Shown piece after piece: positions 19,917 to 29,017 of a stretch of DNA of 64,000 nucleotides. Every line of letters begins with the position of its first letter. Positions within the stretch are counted from its first letter, which is position 1. The DNA comes from an uncultured Candidatus Sumerlaeota bacterium (GTDB taxonomy: Bacteria > Sumerlaeota > Sumerlaeia > MVZB01), in NCBI GenBank assembly GCA_964473105.1, contig CAYYNQ010000097.1, positions 8,468-72,467 of the forward strand, in the 5' to 3' direction. A program made the translations under genes and the position numbers. A model generated the notes under the pieces. The model searched no databases and had not been told where the DNA came from. It was given only the letters and a program-made list of their open reading frames with translations.

Positions 19917-20621
19917 TCAGGATCTGACCCGGGTCACGGGTTCCAGCCTGCCCGATATTTCACGGTAATGTTCACCGGTTTCGGGACATTGGAACAGTCC
20001 CGGATCTCCGTCGATATTTTGCAGCTTGAGTCCGGCCCTGCCGACCCAGCCCGTTTTGTTTGCCGGGACTCCCACCATGAGCGCATACGGTGGGACATCC
20101 CTGGTCAGGACCGTGCCGGCCCCAACGAAGGCATATTCCCCGATCTCGACTCCGCAGACAATTGTACAGTTTGCGCCCAGGGTGGCCCCCCTTCCGACCC
20201 GGGTCTCCTCGTAAAGGTCCCTGCGGCTAATTTCGCTGCGGGGCATCCTGATGTTTGTGAAGACAACGGAAGGTCCACAGAAAACATGGTCTGAAAACCG
20301 GACCCCATCGTAGAGTGAGACATTATTTTGGATTTTGCATCCATCACCGATTCTGACTCTTCCCGAAACAAAGACATTTTGGCCAAGATTACAGTTCCTC
20401 CCGATCTCGGCCCCGGCAACCACGTGACTAAAATGCCATATCCTCGTGCCCGCGCCGATGGAACATGGCTGGTCGATGACAGCACTCGGGTGACATTCAA
20501 ACGTTTTGGATGACTTGTTCTTCAAAGGCCCAATGACCCGCCTGGATCGTTTCTCCACGGAGATACAGCCGATTTTATTGTCCGTTTCACCCCGCCGCCA
20601 TGCAACCCAAAAGATTTCCAC
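19917..20621 (-). CDS. Hexapeptide-repeat (left-handed beta-helix) acyltransferase, probable sugar N-acetyltransferase
   Basis: Repeated [LIV]-G-x-x-x-x hexapeptides: 'IGAGTRIWHFSHVVAGAEIGRNCNLGQNVFVSGRVRIGDGCKIQNNVSL'. The true start is probably internal. It is adjacent to the DegT aminotransferase. Confidence 0.7.
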   Translation of the reverse strand: MEIFWVAWRRGETDNKIGCISVEKRSRRVIGPLKNKSSKTFECHPSAVIDQPCSIGAGTRIWHFSHVVAGAEIGRNCNLGQNVFVSGRVRIGDGCKIQNNVSLYDGVRFSDHVFCGPSVVFTNIRMPRSEISRRDLYEETRVGRGATLGANCTIVCGVEIGEYAFVGAGTVLTRDVPPYALMVGVPANKTGWVGRAGLKLQNIDGDPGLFQCPETGEHYREISGRLEPVTRVRS

Positions 20622-20714
20622 GCAGCTGACCCGGGCCAGGGCATGGCGGACGGATTATTCAGAAAGTTGATATTGAAAGACTTCAGGAAATCCATGCGGG
20701 CTCCGGCAGAATGT

Positions 20715-21680
20715 CTATTTGATCGGGACGGGTTGTATGGAGCGGTTGTTCCGATTCATTAGATAGTTTCGGTAAGCGGCGTATTTTCCCCGCGTGACTT
20801 CTAAGGTCAGCAACCAAGTAATGGGATGCCAGTCATTTTCAAGCAGGCAACGGACAATGCCCGCCAGATAGGCCATGGGCCATCGCCTCGGTTTTTTGTG
20901 GATCCCCCTTTCCAGCAGGAGGTAATACGATGAGCGGTGAGAATGAAAAACGAGACGCTTCAGGTAGGTCAGTGTGAGCCTCGCTCCCGGGATCAGGTGT
21001 TTCAGGGACAGTTCCGGGAAATAACCGATCGCGTAACCGAGATCGAGTGTGGTGAACAGCATGTCGATGTCTTCTGCGCCGGTCAGAAGATTTCCCTTAC
21101 GCCCATACTCGCAACGCTTGGGATTTGATTCGAGCTGGCGGGAATATTCAACGGCTAGGTTTTTTCGTATGATCATGCCCGCGCCATAGGGGAACCATGG
21201 CTTGTAGGTCTGCAGATGAAAGGCCCAAATCGGGGCCTGGCCGTGGTCGGCCACGGCCAGATAGGGCATGAACCGGTAGCTACCGCGGGGGGGGGGGATT
21301 ACAAACTGCCCCAGCCAATTTCCGCCGAGAGCGCCGACGAAGGGTTTTTCCCTCATGATTTCCATGGCGTTGATCAGATAATCGGCATGCAGGAGATTAT
21401 CATCGTCAACAAATATCAACAGTCTGCCCTCTGCCTCGTGAATGGCCCGAAGTCTTGCGTGGGTCAGGCCGAGGGTTCGTTCAACCACGAGTCGCCCGTG
21501 CAAAAATCCCGAGAGATCAATCCATTCCGAGATGGGGCGGTTGCTCATATTGTCTACCAGGATCAACTCCCACTGGTCCTGGGGATAAGTCTGGTTAGAT
21601 AGCGCACTGAGGACGGCCCGCAGGTAATGTCTTTGAGGGTTGTGCGTACAAACACAGACGCTGACATCGAGTTGGCTCAT
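20715..21680 (-). CDS. Glycosyltransferase family 2
   Basis: 'VSVCVCTHNPQRHYLRAVLSALSNQTYP...LILVDNMSN...LIFVDDDN' GT-A signature (DxD). Contains an in-frame C11 tract (plus-strand G11 at 21287-21297) encoding 'IPPPR'. Confidence 0.8.
   Translation of the reverse strand: MSQLDVSVCVCTHNPQRHYLRAVLSALSNQTYPQDQWELILVDNMSNRPISEWIDLSGFLHGRLVVERTLGLTHARLRAIHEAEGRLLIFVDDDNLLHADYLINAMEIMREKPFVGALGGNWLGQFVIPPPRGSYRFMPYLAVADHGQAPIWAFHLQTYKPWFPYGAGMIIRKNLAVEYSRQLESNPKRCEYGRKGNLLTGAEDIDMLFTTLDLGYAIGYFPELSLKHLIPGARLTLTYLKRLVFHSHRSSYYLLLERGIHKKPRRWPMAYLAGIVRCLLENDWHPITWLLTLEVTRGKYAAYRNYLMNRNNRSIQPVPIK
21287..21297. repeat. Homopolymeric G11 (C11 on coding strand) tract inside the GT2 gene
   Basis: 'taccgc ggggggggggg attac' read directly from the sequence. 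It lies in frame in the minus-strand GT2 ORF. Confidence 0.9.
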
Positions 21681-21816
21681 GAGTCTTAGATTCCCGAGGG
21701 AAAATTCACTGAAGGATCAACAAGTGCGGGTTTTGGCGGTGATAAGCGGCCTTGAATACAATTTTTATACCGGGACCTTCCCGGCTTTTACTTGGCGTCA
21801 CCAGACTGGTGTACCA

Positions 21817-23016
21817 TCAGGGATTACGGTCGAGGGTTTTGACGTATTCCTCGTAGTTCTTTCTGACCTCTGAGATCGCGTCACCTCCAAACTTGTTGAG
21901 AAAAGCCCATGCAACGGCATAGCCCACTAACGCTTCCCCAACGATCCCGGCAGCGGGGAGCGCACAGACATCACTTCGCTCCTTGCTGGAGTCGTAGGCT
22001 TTTTTGGTCTTGAAATCCACGGATTCGATTGGACGCATCAGTGTGGATATCGGCTTCTTGGCGACCCGGACAATGATCGGTTCGCCATTAGTCATCCCTC
22101 CTTCAATACCCCCAGCCCGGTTGGTTTTCCGGTAAAAACCGCCACTGGGCCCGTGTCCCTCGAGACAGTCTTCCATACTTTCCGAATAATATATCGCATC
22201 GTGCACTTCACTGCCTTTGCGGCGGGCGGCTCCAAAGCCCATGCCGATCTCCACACCCTTGATGGCCTGCATACTCATGATGACTTGGCCAATCTTCCCG
22301 TCCAATTTCTCATCCCAGTTCATTACGTTGCCCAAGCCTGGCGGGACACCCGTCACGATGACTTCAAAAATTCCGCCCGCGGTGTTCTTATCGTCCCGGC
22401 ACTCATCAATCAGGGCCATCATTTCACCAACAATTACGGGATTTCCGACTCGCATCTCGTTGTTTTCCGCATTTTCACGAATTTCTGAGAAGGTCAGCCC
22501 CGATGTGTCGGAGCGAATACCGCAAAGTTCAGTCACGTGTGAGAAAATCTTGATCCCGAATTCCCCAAGTAATGTTTTGCATAGCGCCCCGACAGCGACC
22601 TGCGTTGTGGTCGCACGCGCGGAGGCCCGTTCCAGGATGTTTCTAGCGTCCTCATGATCGAATTTTTGTACACCGGGAAGATCTGCATGCCCCGGCCGCG
22701 GCCGTGTGATGGTTCGCTTGGAATCGTAGTTGTCGACAACGGCAGGCGACATCACATCGGTCCAGTTCCGCCAGTCACTGTTTTCCACGATCATGGTCAC
22801 GGGTGATCCTATCGTCAATCCGTGACGTACCCCGGAAACAAAACGGACCGTATCGGTTTCAATTTTCATTCGCCCGCCGCGGCCATAACCGCCCTGACGT
22901 CTCGCCAAGTCTTGGTTGATGTCCTCCTCCCGAACTGGGAGATTGGAGGGCAGCCCCGATATGATCGCGGTCAACTGTGGACCATGCGATTCACCGGATG
23001 TCATGTATCGAATCAT
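21817..23016 (-). CDS. aroC: Chorismate synthase
   Basis: 'MTSGESHGPQLTAIISGLPSNL', 'ARRQGGYGRGGRMKIE' and 'RSDVCALPAAGIVGEA' conserved blocks. 399 aa. Confidence 0.9.
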   Translation of the reverse strand: MIRYMTSGESHGPQLTAIISGLPSNLPVREEDINQDLARRQGGYGRGGRMKIETDTVRFVSGVRHGLTIGSPVTMIVENSDWRNWTDVMSPAVVDNYDSKRTITRPRPGHADLPGVQKFDHEDARNILERASARATTTQVAVGALCKTLLGEFGIKIFSHVTELCGIRSDTSGLTFSEIRENAENNEMRVGNPVIVGEMMALIDECRDDKNTAGGIFEVIVTGVPPGLGNVMNWDEKLDGKIGQVIMSMQAIKGVEIGMGFGAARRKGSEVHDAIYYSESMEDCLEGHGPSGGFYRKTNRAGGIEGGMTNGEPIIVRVAKKPISTLMRPIESVDFKTKKAYDSSKERSDVCALPAAGIVGEALVGYAVAWAFLNKFGGDAISEVRKNYEEYVKTLDRNP

Positions 23017-23148
23017 TGATCCATCCTTGAAATTATTCGTGACTCCATATGACTTTCGGATCCAGCCGGACAGTGTTTCATCAGACTTGAGACGGGTTTG
23101 AAATCCTGCTTGGTCATGATGGAACGGATTTTTGACTGGTTGCCGTTT

Positions 23149-24108
23149 CTAGACCCAAAGAGCCCGGTTGGATTGAAACCATTCCACCTGACGTTTCAGT
23201 CCTTCATCCATCTTCACCTCGGGAACGAATTCAAGATCCTGCCTGGCGCGTGATGTATCGGCAAAAGTATGGATGACATCACCATTCTGCCGGTTCATTC
23301 GCTCGATATTCAAGGGGCAGTCCAGAAGAACCTCCAGTTTCTCGAGGACGGTATTGATTGTCAGCCGGTTTCCTCCCCCGATGTTGTAAACCTCTCCTGG
23401 ACGTCCGCGTTCGGCTGCCAGCAGGTTGGCCTGAACGGCATCGCTGATATAGGTGAAATCCCGGGTTTGTTCCCCGTTGCCGTAGAGTGTGATTGGCCGA
23501 CCAGCCAAACCTGCGCGAATGAACTTCTGGAAGGCCATATCGGGGCGTTGCCGCGGGCCATAAACCGTAAAATAACGAAGTGATACCGTTGGCACCTTGA
23601 AGTTGTGCCAATAGAGAAAGCAGAGATGTTCAGCCGCCAGTTTTGAAACACCGTAGGGCGAAACCGGCTGTGGGCGGTGTTCTTCCATCATGGGAAGCAG
23701 GTTGGTTTCACCGTAGACCGAGGAAGATGAAGCGTAAACCATCCGGATCCTGCGTCCTTTTAGTGCCTCGAGAAGATGTTGAGTCGCGAGTACATTCCAC
23801 TCAGTGTAGCAGTTGAATGAACGGCCCCAACTAGCGCGCACACCCGCTTGTGCAGCCTGGTGATATACGGTGTCGACTTCCTCAAGCAGGTTAGGCCAGT
23901 CGACATTCAAGATAGATTTCTCGATAAAGGAAAATCCCGGATAGGATGCCAGCGACTCAAGGTTGGCGCGTTTCAAACGGATGTCATAGTAGTCGGTTAG
24001 AGAATCGATGCCGATCACTCGTGAACCCATCTGGAGCAGGTATTCGCAGATGGATGAACCAATGAATCCGGCGGCACCGGTAACAATTATCTTCTTGGAC
24101 GGTGACAT
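23149..24108 (-). CDS. NAD-dependent sugar epimerase/dehydratase (UDP-glucuronate/GlcNAc 4-epimerase-like SDR)
   Basis: 'KKIIVTGAAGFIGSS' Rossmann motif, 'YASSSSVYG' and 'YGVSKLAAE' (YxxxK catalytic motif). Start taken at MSPSKK (24108). Confidence 0.8.
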   Translation of the reverse strand: MSPSKKIIVTGAAGFIGSSICEYLLQMGSRVIGIDSLTDYYDIRLKRANLESLASYPGFSFIEKSILNVDWPNLLEEVDTVYHQAAQAGVRASWGRSFNCYTEWNVLATQHLLEALKGRRIRMVYASSSSVYGETNLLPMMEEHRPQPVSPYGVSKLAAEHLCFLYWHNFKVPTVSLRYFTVYGPRQRPDMAFQKFIRAGLAGRPITLYGNGEQTRDFTYISDAVQANLLAAERGRPGEVYNIGGGNRLTINTVLEKLEVLLDCPLNIERMNRQNGDVIHTFADTSRARQDLEFVPEVKMDEGLKRQVEWFQSNRALWV

Positions 24109-24198
24109 TAGCCTGAAAGAACACCTTGAATTAATAAAAATACACCGATTATAACCGGCATGGAATGTTTCCAAGGAAAACTACTTGCCTCGGCATGA

Positions 24199-24852
24199 TC
24201 AGTCCCGCTGGGGGATTTTGATCAGTTGGATGTCATCTCCGATAGGCTGGGGTGACTTCTTGCGGGGCCTGTCATTTTGACTCGGACTGTTCTCGGCCCT
24301 GTTGATCTGTTCCACATTAATCCCCCCGGTATTATTGGAATTGGGTGCAGGGGCCATGTTCCAACTGACGCCTTCGTTCCCCTGGTCGATCGTGATGATA
24401 TCATGCCAGGCGGTGATGATCTGTTTTTCCTGACGCTCGAGGATCTTGGGCTTCCCCGTCAGCCGGGAGCGCTTCTTTTCAACATTGTAGTGGAGGTTTT
24501 TGCATTGGGCCGTGATCTTTCCCTGCCTCAAGTTCAGGGGGGTTCCCTTTGCCTTCATCTCCTTGTTCTGCGGGTCGATGATCAGCAGTTCACAGTCCAG
24601 GTCGAACTGATCGCTCCGGAGCTGAACCCGGCCCTTGAACTCCAACTTTCCCTCACTGTTGGCCCTCATCGTCTCGAATTTCACGTCCCTGATCTCGATA
24701 CCTTCGCTTCCGAAGACAGATCCACCCAGTGAACTTCTTTGCAGGGATTCCTTCTCCGAAGGATTTTGTGCGGCCGACAGAGTTTCAACCATCGATCCGG
24801 TAAACAGGCTGGCCAAGGTGAAAACGCCGAGTATACAGAGGCATTTTTTCAT
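24199..24852 (-). CDS. Periplasmic OstA-N/LptA-like protein (putative LPS transport protein LptA)
   Basis: Signal peptide 'MKKCLCILGVFTLASLFTGS' and a beta-jellyroll-like region. It overlaps the upstream lptC-like gene by 4 nt. Confidence 0.5.
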   Translation of the reverse strand: MKKCLCILGVFTLASLFTGSMVETLSAAQNPSEKESLQRSSLGGSVFGSEGIEIRDVKFETMRANSEGKLEFKGRVQLRSDQFDLDCELLIIDPQNKEMKAKGTPLNLRQGKITAQCKNLHYNVEKKRSRLTGKPKILERQEKQIITAWHDIITIDQGNEGVSWNMAPAPNSNNTGGINVEQINRAENSPSQNDRPRKKSPQPIGDDIQLIKIPQRD

Positions 24853-25529
24853 GGCCGACCCGACTCCTTGTCCGAATTTGTCAGGTGTGCTGGCTTCCCA
24901 GCAAGCTCATAACTTCTGAGAGTGTTGGATCCAGGGTTCAGGGTGATCTGGAATTGGTCGCCTCCTCCGATCAGAGGCGGTCTGCCAGGATAGATGTAAC
25001 TCAGGTTGTATCCCCCATCACCCCTGAGTGTGGATTTCGGGCGGGAGTAATAAATGTATGGGGTTTCAAGGGTCATGCCGTTGGGTCCCTGATAATAGAC
25101 GTCATCCCTCATGTAAATGTCATTTTGGGCAATTCCCCACTCGTGTCGCGCAGCCAGCCACATCCGGCCCCGGCCTGCCTTCAGGTTTCCCGTGTTCATT
25201 TCATTCTCATAAAACCTCATCTCAATATTCCTCAACTCGGCGATGTCCTCACTTTGGTCAAGATCCATCCTATCTGCCAGGATGATCTGTCGGATTTCGC
25301 CATTGTATGTAACCTCGGTCCGAACCCCTTCCATGGAGATGGAGGGTGTTAGCGGGACGAACAAACCGGGGTTCGCATTCAATCCTGCGGCGGTGTCGAC
25401 GTGATCTGCCCCGCCCGATGCGATCATGAAAAGATTTAGCAGGACACAGGCGCTTCCCGCATAGATCCCCATGAGCAGGAAAGGCCTGGGTCGGCATATA
25501 TTTGAGCAATAATTTCGGAATTTTTGCAA
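24849..25529 (-). CDS. LptC-like membrane-anchored periplasmic protein (putative)
   Basis: Single N-terminal TM 'FLLMGIYAGSACVLLNLFMIA' followed by a beta-rich domain of about 180 aa. Operon partner of the LptA-like gene. Confidence 0.45.
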   Translation of the reverse strand: MQKFRNYCSNICRPRPFLLMGIYAGSACVLLNLFMIASGGADHVDTAAGLNANPGLFVPLTPSISMEGVRTEVTYNGEIRQIILADRMDLDQSEDIAELRNIEMRFYENEMNTGNLKAGRGRMWLAARHEWGIAQNDIYMRDDVYYQGPNGMTLETPYIYYSRPKSTLRGDGGYNLSYIYPGRPPLIGGGDQFQITLNPGSNTLRSYELAGKPAHLTNSDKESGRP

Positions 25530-25890
25530 GCGCGGTTACCCTGTCTTGACCTCGGATAAATTCACCCTCCGTAAGGGTAACAGGCCCATCCCTTCTTTTC
25601 AACGGCTATCCGGCAACCGGTGAGCCCCACCTATACCGTTAGCAAATCTTTTGATTCTATCATTCCTCGCCGTTCCACCACTCAGTTCGATCTGTTTCCC
25701 CCGGGCTCGAACCTCCGCGTGTCATCTGGTTGGGGTTGAATGGGATGCATCGGGCGGTTAACGTGGAGGTCATGCCAGATCGGCCCGTGTTACATGGCTC
25801 GCGTCTTTACTTATCCCGGGTGATTTCAGGTCGTCTGGCTTATTTTCTGGGAGATCAACAGTGTCAAGTTGAAACCAGATCCTTGTTTGG

Positions 25891-27180
25891 GTGACACTGC
25901 GGATTACGGGATCCCCAAGGTGTCGTGGGGGCAGGAATCTTGATTCCATTCATGTGGATTCCAAACTAAAGTCTAGATGTCTGTCGATGGGCAGACCTGA
26001 TTTTATGGTCTGCGGGAGGTTGAGTTTGAAACAAAGGCCACGGATTCTCAGGATCCTCAGTCGAATGGCTGTGGGGGGTGTCCAGAACGGGGTCCTCAAC
26101 ACGCTTAAAAGATCTAACCCCAGGCTGTATGATTACACGGTGTTGTGCACCAAAAAGGCGGGGAAACGAGCCGCTGAGATTGAAGCCCTTCGGATACCGG
26201 TTATTCCGTGCAAGACGCTGCCTCCTTGGGATCCTTACCAGATCTGGCGTTTGTCGCGTACCATTCGACGGATTTCACCCGACCTTGTTCATGTCCACAT
26301 GGCCCCGACGGTCATCCCCGGGGTCGCGGCATCGAGATTGGCCGGCGTGAAGCGAATCATTATCCAGCATCACAGTGATTACACCCGCTACTGGTCCCAA
26401 ATGAACGGGCTGTTGCGCGCGTGGGAGTGGTCGATGACGCGGCGCATTGCGGGTTATGGGGGACTGGTTTGCGTCTCAAAAACGGTGGCCAAGGCAACGG
26501 CGGGCCAGCTTGGACTTGACCCTGCCTGTCTCAAGGTCATACCAAACGGTGTTGACCTGGATGTTTTCCGGCCAGACCGGGAAGGGGAGGACCCAAGGGT
26601 TGAATGGCAACTTGACCCCGGAACACCACTTGTCTATCACGTTTCACGTTATCTCGAATCAAAAAGAATTGATGACTTCATGGAGGCCGCCTCAATTGTC
26701 ACGCGACGCTGGAAAGGTATAGGGCCCTCACCTGCATTCATCAACATGGGCGGGGGGCCAGCACATCTGGAGCTGTTTTATGAACATAAACTCTCGAAAT
26801 ACGATCGTGCCGTGCGGATCCGCCTCGAAGGAGAAAGATTGGATCTCGCCCGACTCCTGCCTTGGGGTGATGTCGGTGTAATGGCAAGCGAGAATGAGGG
26901 TTGCCCCAATACGATCTTGGAATATATGGCTGCAGGTTTACCGATGGCGGTGACGGATATCCCACCCATTCTGGAACTTTTAAGGGCCGGACAGGATGCT
27001 TTGGTGTCCGCCCCGCGTGATGCCGGTGCACTCGCTGATAATATCGAGGAACTCCTGCGAAATCGTGACCGATCCCGGTCACTCCGCGGAAGTGCGATTC
27101 AATGGGTTCGGCAATACGACTGGAGCGCTGCCGCGCAGTCCTATGAGAAACTCTACGCTTGTTTCCTGCAGGCACCGTGA
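25891..27180 (+). CDS. Glycosyltransferase family 4
   Basis: 'LRILSRMAVGGVQNGVLNT' N-terminal GT4 motif and C-terminal 'NEGCPNTILEYMAAGLPMAVTDI' (the E-x7-E region). The actual start is probably internal (about 26007-26053). Confidence 0.75.
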   Translation: MTLRITGSPRCRGGRNLDSIHVDSKLKSRCLSMGRPDFMVCGRLSLKQRPRILRILSRMAVGGVQNGVLNTLKRSNPRLYDYTVLCTKKAGKRAAEIEALRIPVIPCKTLPPWDPYQIWRLSRTIRRISPDLVHVHMAPTVIPGVAASRLAGVKRIIIQHHSDYTRYWSQMNGLLRAWEWSMTRRIAGYGGLVCVSKTVAKATAGQLGLDPACLKVIPNGVDLDVFRPDREGEDPRVEWQLDPGTPLVYHVSRYLESKRIDDFMEAASIVTRRWKGIGPSPAFINMGGGPAHLELFYEHKLSKYDRAVRIRLEGERLDLARLLPWGDVGVMASENEGCPNTILEYMAAGLPMAVTDIPPILELLRAGQDALVSAPRDAGALADNIEELLRNRDRSRSLRGSAIQWVRQYDWSAAAQSYEKLYACFLQAP

Positions 27181-27482
27181 ACCACGGCGCCCTGATTCTG
27201 GGCGGTCATAATGAAGATCCAGACTGTTCAATCAGAAATTTGGGCATGTATTTATTGGCCCCGGCAGTTTGTCCGGCCGGGATTTCTGGTTCACGATCAC
27301 GAGACAACTACACCCCGAGGTTCCCGGGTGCCCTCCGCGATTCTCCGGCCAATTTCTTTTTTCGTGGAAGCACCTTGATGCTATCAACGAATTCCCCTGG
27401 TTTCCGACAGGAATATTTTTTTTGATGTCCCCCGATGCCTGCCATAAGAAGCCTGCAGCGACAAGCTAGGTATACGCCGGGT

Positions 27483-28013
27483 TTACCCGGATTCATCAGC
27501 CTCAGCCCGGATTTTGCCCATGATATTTTTACTGGCATTGGTCTTGGGTGCCCCGGTGATGGCGACCCTGATCCCCAGTTCATCGGCGATGGCCCTTTCG
27601 GGGACGGTTTCAGCCGAATAGTCGGTTCCTTTTGCATGGACATCCGGACGGATTTCTCTGAGGCATCTTTCTGCGGTCAGTTCCTCGAATATAACAACCC
27701 GGTCAACTGCCTCCATGCCTGCAAGCAACTCCGCTCTTTCCCGGTCCGGCATGACAGGACGATCGTCACCCTTCAGGGTGCGCTCTGAGGCATCGGAATT
27801 CACGCCCACGATCAGCGCATCGCCGAGTGCATATGCCTCGTTCAGATATGATATGTGGCCCGCATGGAGGATGTCGAAGCATCCATTTGCAAAGACGACT
27901 TTCATGCCTTTCTCGCGGCAGTCACTCGCAAAGGTTACAGCGTCCTCAAGGGAGATGATCCTCTCCATGGGACACTCCGGTAAATCCGGACAACCGTTCT
28001 TGGGCGTCATCAA
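27483..28013 (-). CDS. D-glycero-beta-D-manno-heptose 1-phosphate adenylyltransferase (RfaE domain II / HldE C-terminal-like cytidylyltransferase)
   Basis: 'KVVFANGCFDILHAGHISYLNEA' nucleotidyltransferase (H/T)xGH motif and 'VGVNSDAS'. About 160 aa. Confidence 0.8.
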   Translation of the reverse strand: MMTPKNGCPDLPECPMERIISLEDAVTFASDCREKGMKVVFANGCFDILHAGHISYLNEAYALGDALIVGVNSDASERTLKGDDRPVMPDRERAELLAGMEAVDRVVIFEELTAERCLREIRPDVHAKGTDYSAETVPERAIADELGIRVAITGAPKTNASKNIMGKIRAEADESG

Positions 28014-28154
28014 GCGTCTCCTTCAATAGGTCTTTCAGGTATTCTGACAAGGGTGTTGAATGGGCATTTCCAGCAATCGTCAGCTTGTTCCGATCTTTGG
28101 ATATCCAAGCGTGGGTGGAAGACAGATCCCCCCTTGGCGGGACCGTCTGCCAAG

Positions 28155-28174
28155 CGGCTTTTCATGAAAAGCCG
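28155..28174. promoter_or_regulatory. Perfect 20-bp palindrome CGGCTTTTCATGAAAAGCCG
   Basis: Read directly from the sequence. It lies downstream of the putative ffs RNA and about 140 bp upstream of the rfaE-like start. No U-tract follows on either strand. Confidence 0.5.
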
Positions 28175-28199
28175 GGTAAAACCGCGCCCCAACTCCGAC

Positions 28200-28345
28200 C
28201 TATACCAACCGGATTCCGACAATCAGCCGGCTCCCCGCGGGCACTCCCGTAACACAAGCTCCAAAACTTCTTAGGGCTGCTTCCGCCAGGACCTGACCCG
28301 GTTCGAAGCGGAACCTTGCTCGGGACCTTTGGATCGACGCCACTT
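28200..28345 (-). ncRNA. ffs: Signal recognition particle RNA (4.5S/ffs), boundaries approximate
   Basis: The minus-strand read of 28274-28301 is 'CCGGGTCAGGTCCTGGCGGAAGCAGCCC'. This matches the universally conserved SRP RNA domain IV ('GGUCAGGUCC-loop-GGAAGCAGCC') 20/20 in the two conserved arms, with a UGGC tetraloop. It lies in a 600-bp region with no credible ORF. Confidence 0.55.
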
Positions 28346-28554
28346 AACTGCCTTCCACCAACCAGTAAAAGCCTCGGAAGGGTATTCAGTCCTGCTAAGC
28401 GGATTGCAGGCTACAGGGCACCGCTAACTCCCCACCTAGCGCGGTTGACCCGATATCTTACATATTCGTCCCGGGGATGCAACGGTCTCGTTATCCGAAC
28501 CCTGATCGGGGTTGCCCCCCTGCATAAAACCAGAGGCCAAAGACCCATAACCGG

Positions 28555-28584
28555 TTGACACCGGATTCAATCTCCACTTATAAT
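28555..28584 (+). promoter_or_regulatory. Sigma-70-type promoter for rpsU (TTGACA-18 bp-TATAAT)
   Basis: TTGACA at 28555-28560 and TATAAT at 28579-28584. Both are perfect consensus hexamers, about 65 bp upstream of the rpsU GTG start. Confidence 0.65.
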
Positions 28585-28649
28585 CTCCGATTGCGTGGGG
28601 GGTCAGGCAACTGACATTCCCAACGGTTATACTCAAGTCGGAAAGGCAG

Positions 28650-28871
28650 GTGAGCAGATTGCCGATTGTTGAAATAGATGCCAATGAGCCGATCGAGAAG
28701 GCTTTGCGTCGGTTTAAGAAGGAATGCCAAAAGGCAGGGGTGTTGGCGGAGTACCGCAAGCGTGAACACTATGAGAAACCAAGCATCAAGCGCCGTCGAA
28801 AGCTCGAGGCCGCCAAGCGCAAGGAACGCCGTCGCAAGGTGAAGCTTGAACGTAAATTGGCCCGTTACTGA
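28650..28871 (+). CDS. rpsU: 30S ribosomal protein S21
   Basis: '[35 protein letters not shown]' closely matches bacterial S21. 73 aa with a GTG start. Confidence 0.9.
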   Translation: MSRLPIVEIDANEPIEKALRRFKKECQKAGVLAEYRKREHYEKPSIKRRRKLEAAKRKERRRKVKLERKLARY

Positions 28872-29017
28872 TCTCCACAGGAAATTTTGGTTACAGCCAA
28901 GGAAAATCCAAGGCTGAGTGGAGAGGTTTCCCGCCCTTCGTCTTGGAATTCTTTATCCTGCCCTCTGTTATTTTTGCTTCTGCACCACAAGACGCGGCAT
29001 GACGGTGCTCAGGCTGC

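Noticed and set aside
28316-28558. 80-aa plus-strand ORF in the ffs-rpsU spacer
   Set aside because: No ribosome-binding site and no homology features. It overlaps the putative SRP RNA and the rpsU promoter. The region is better explained as non-coding.
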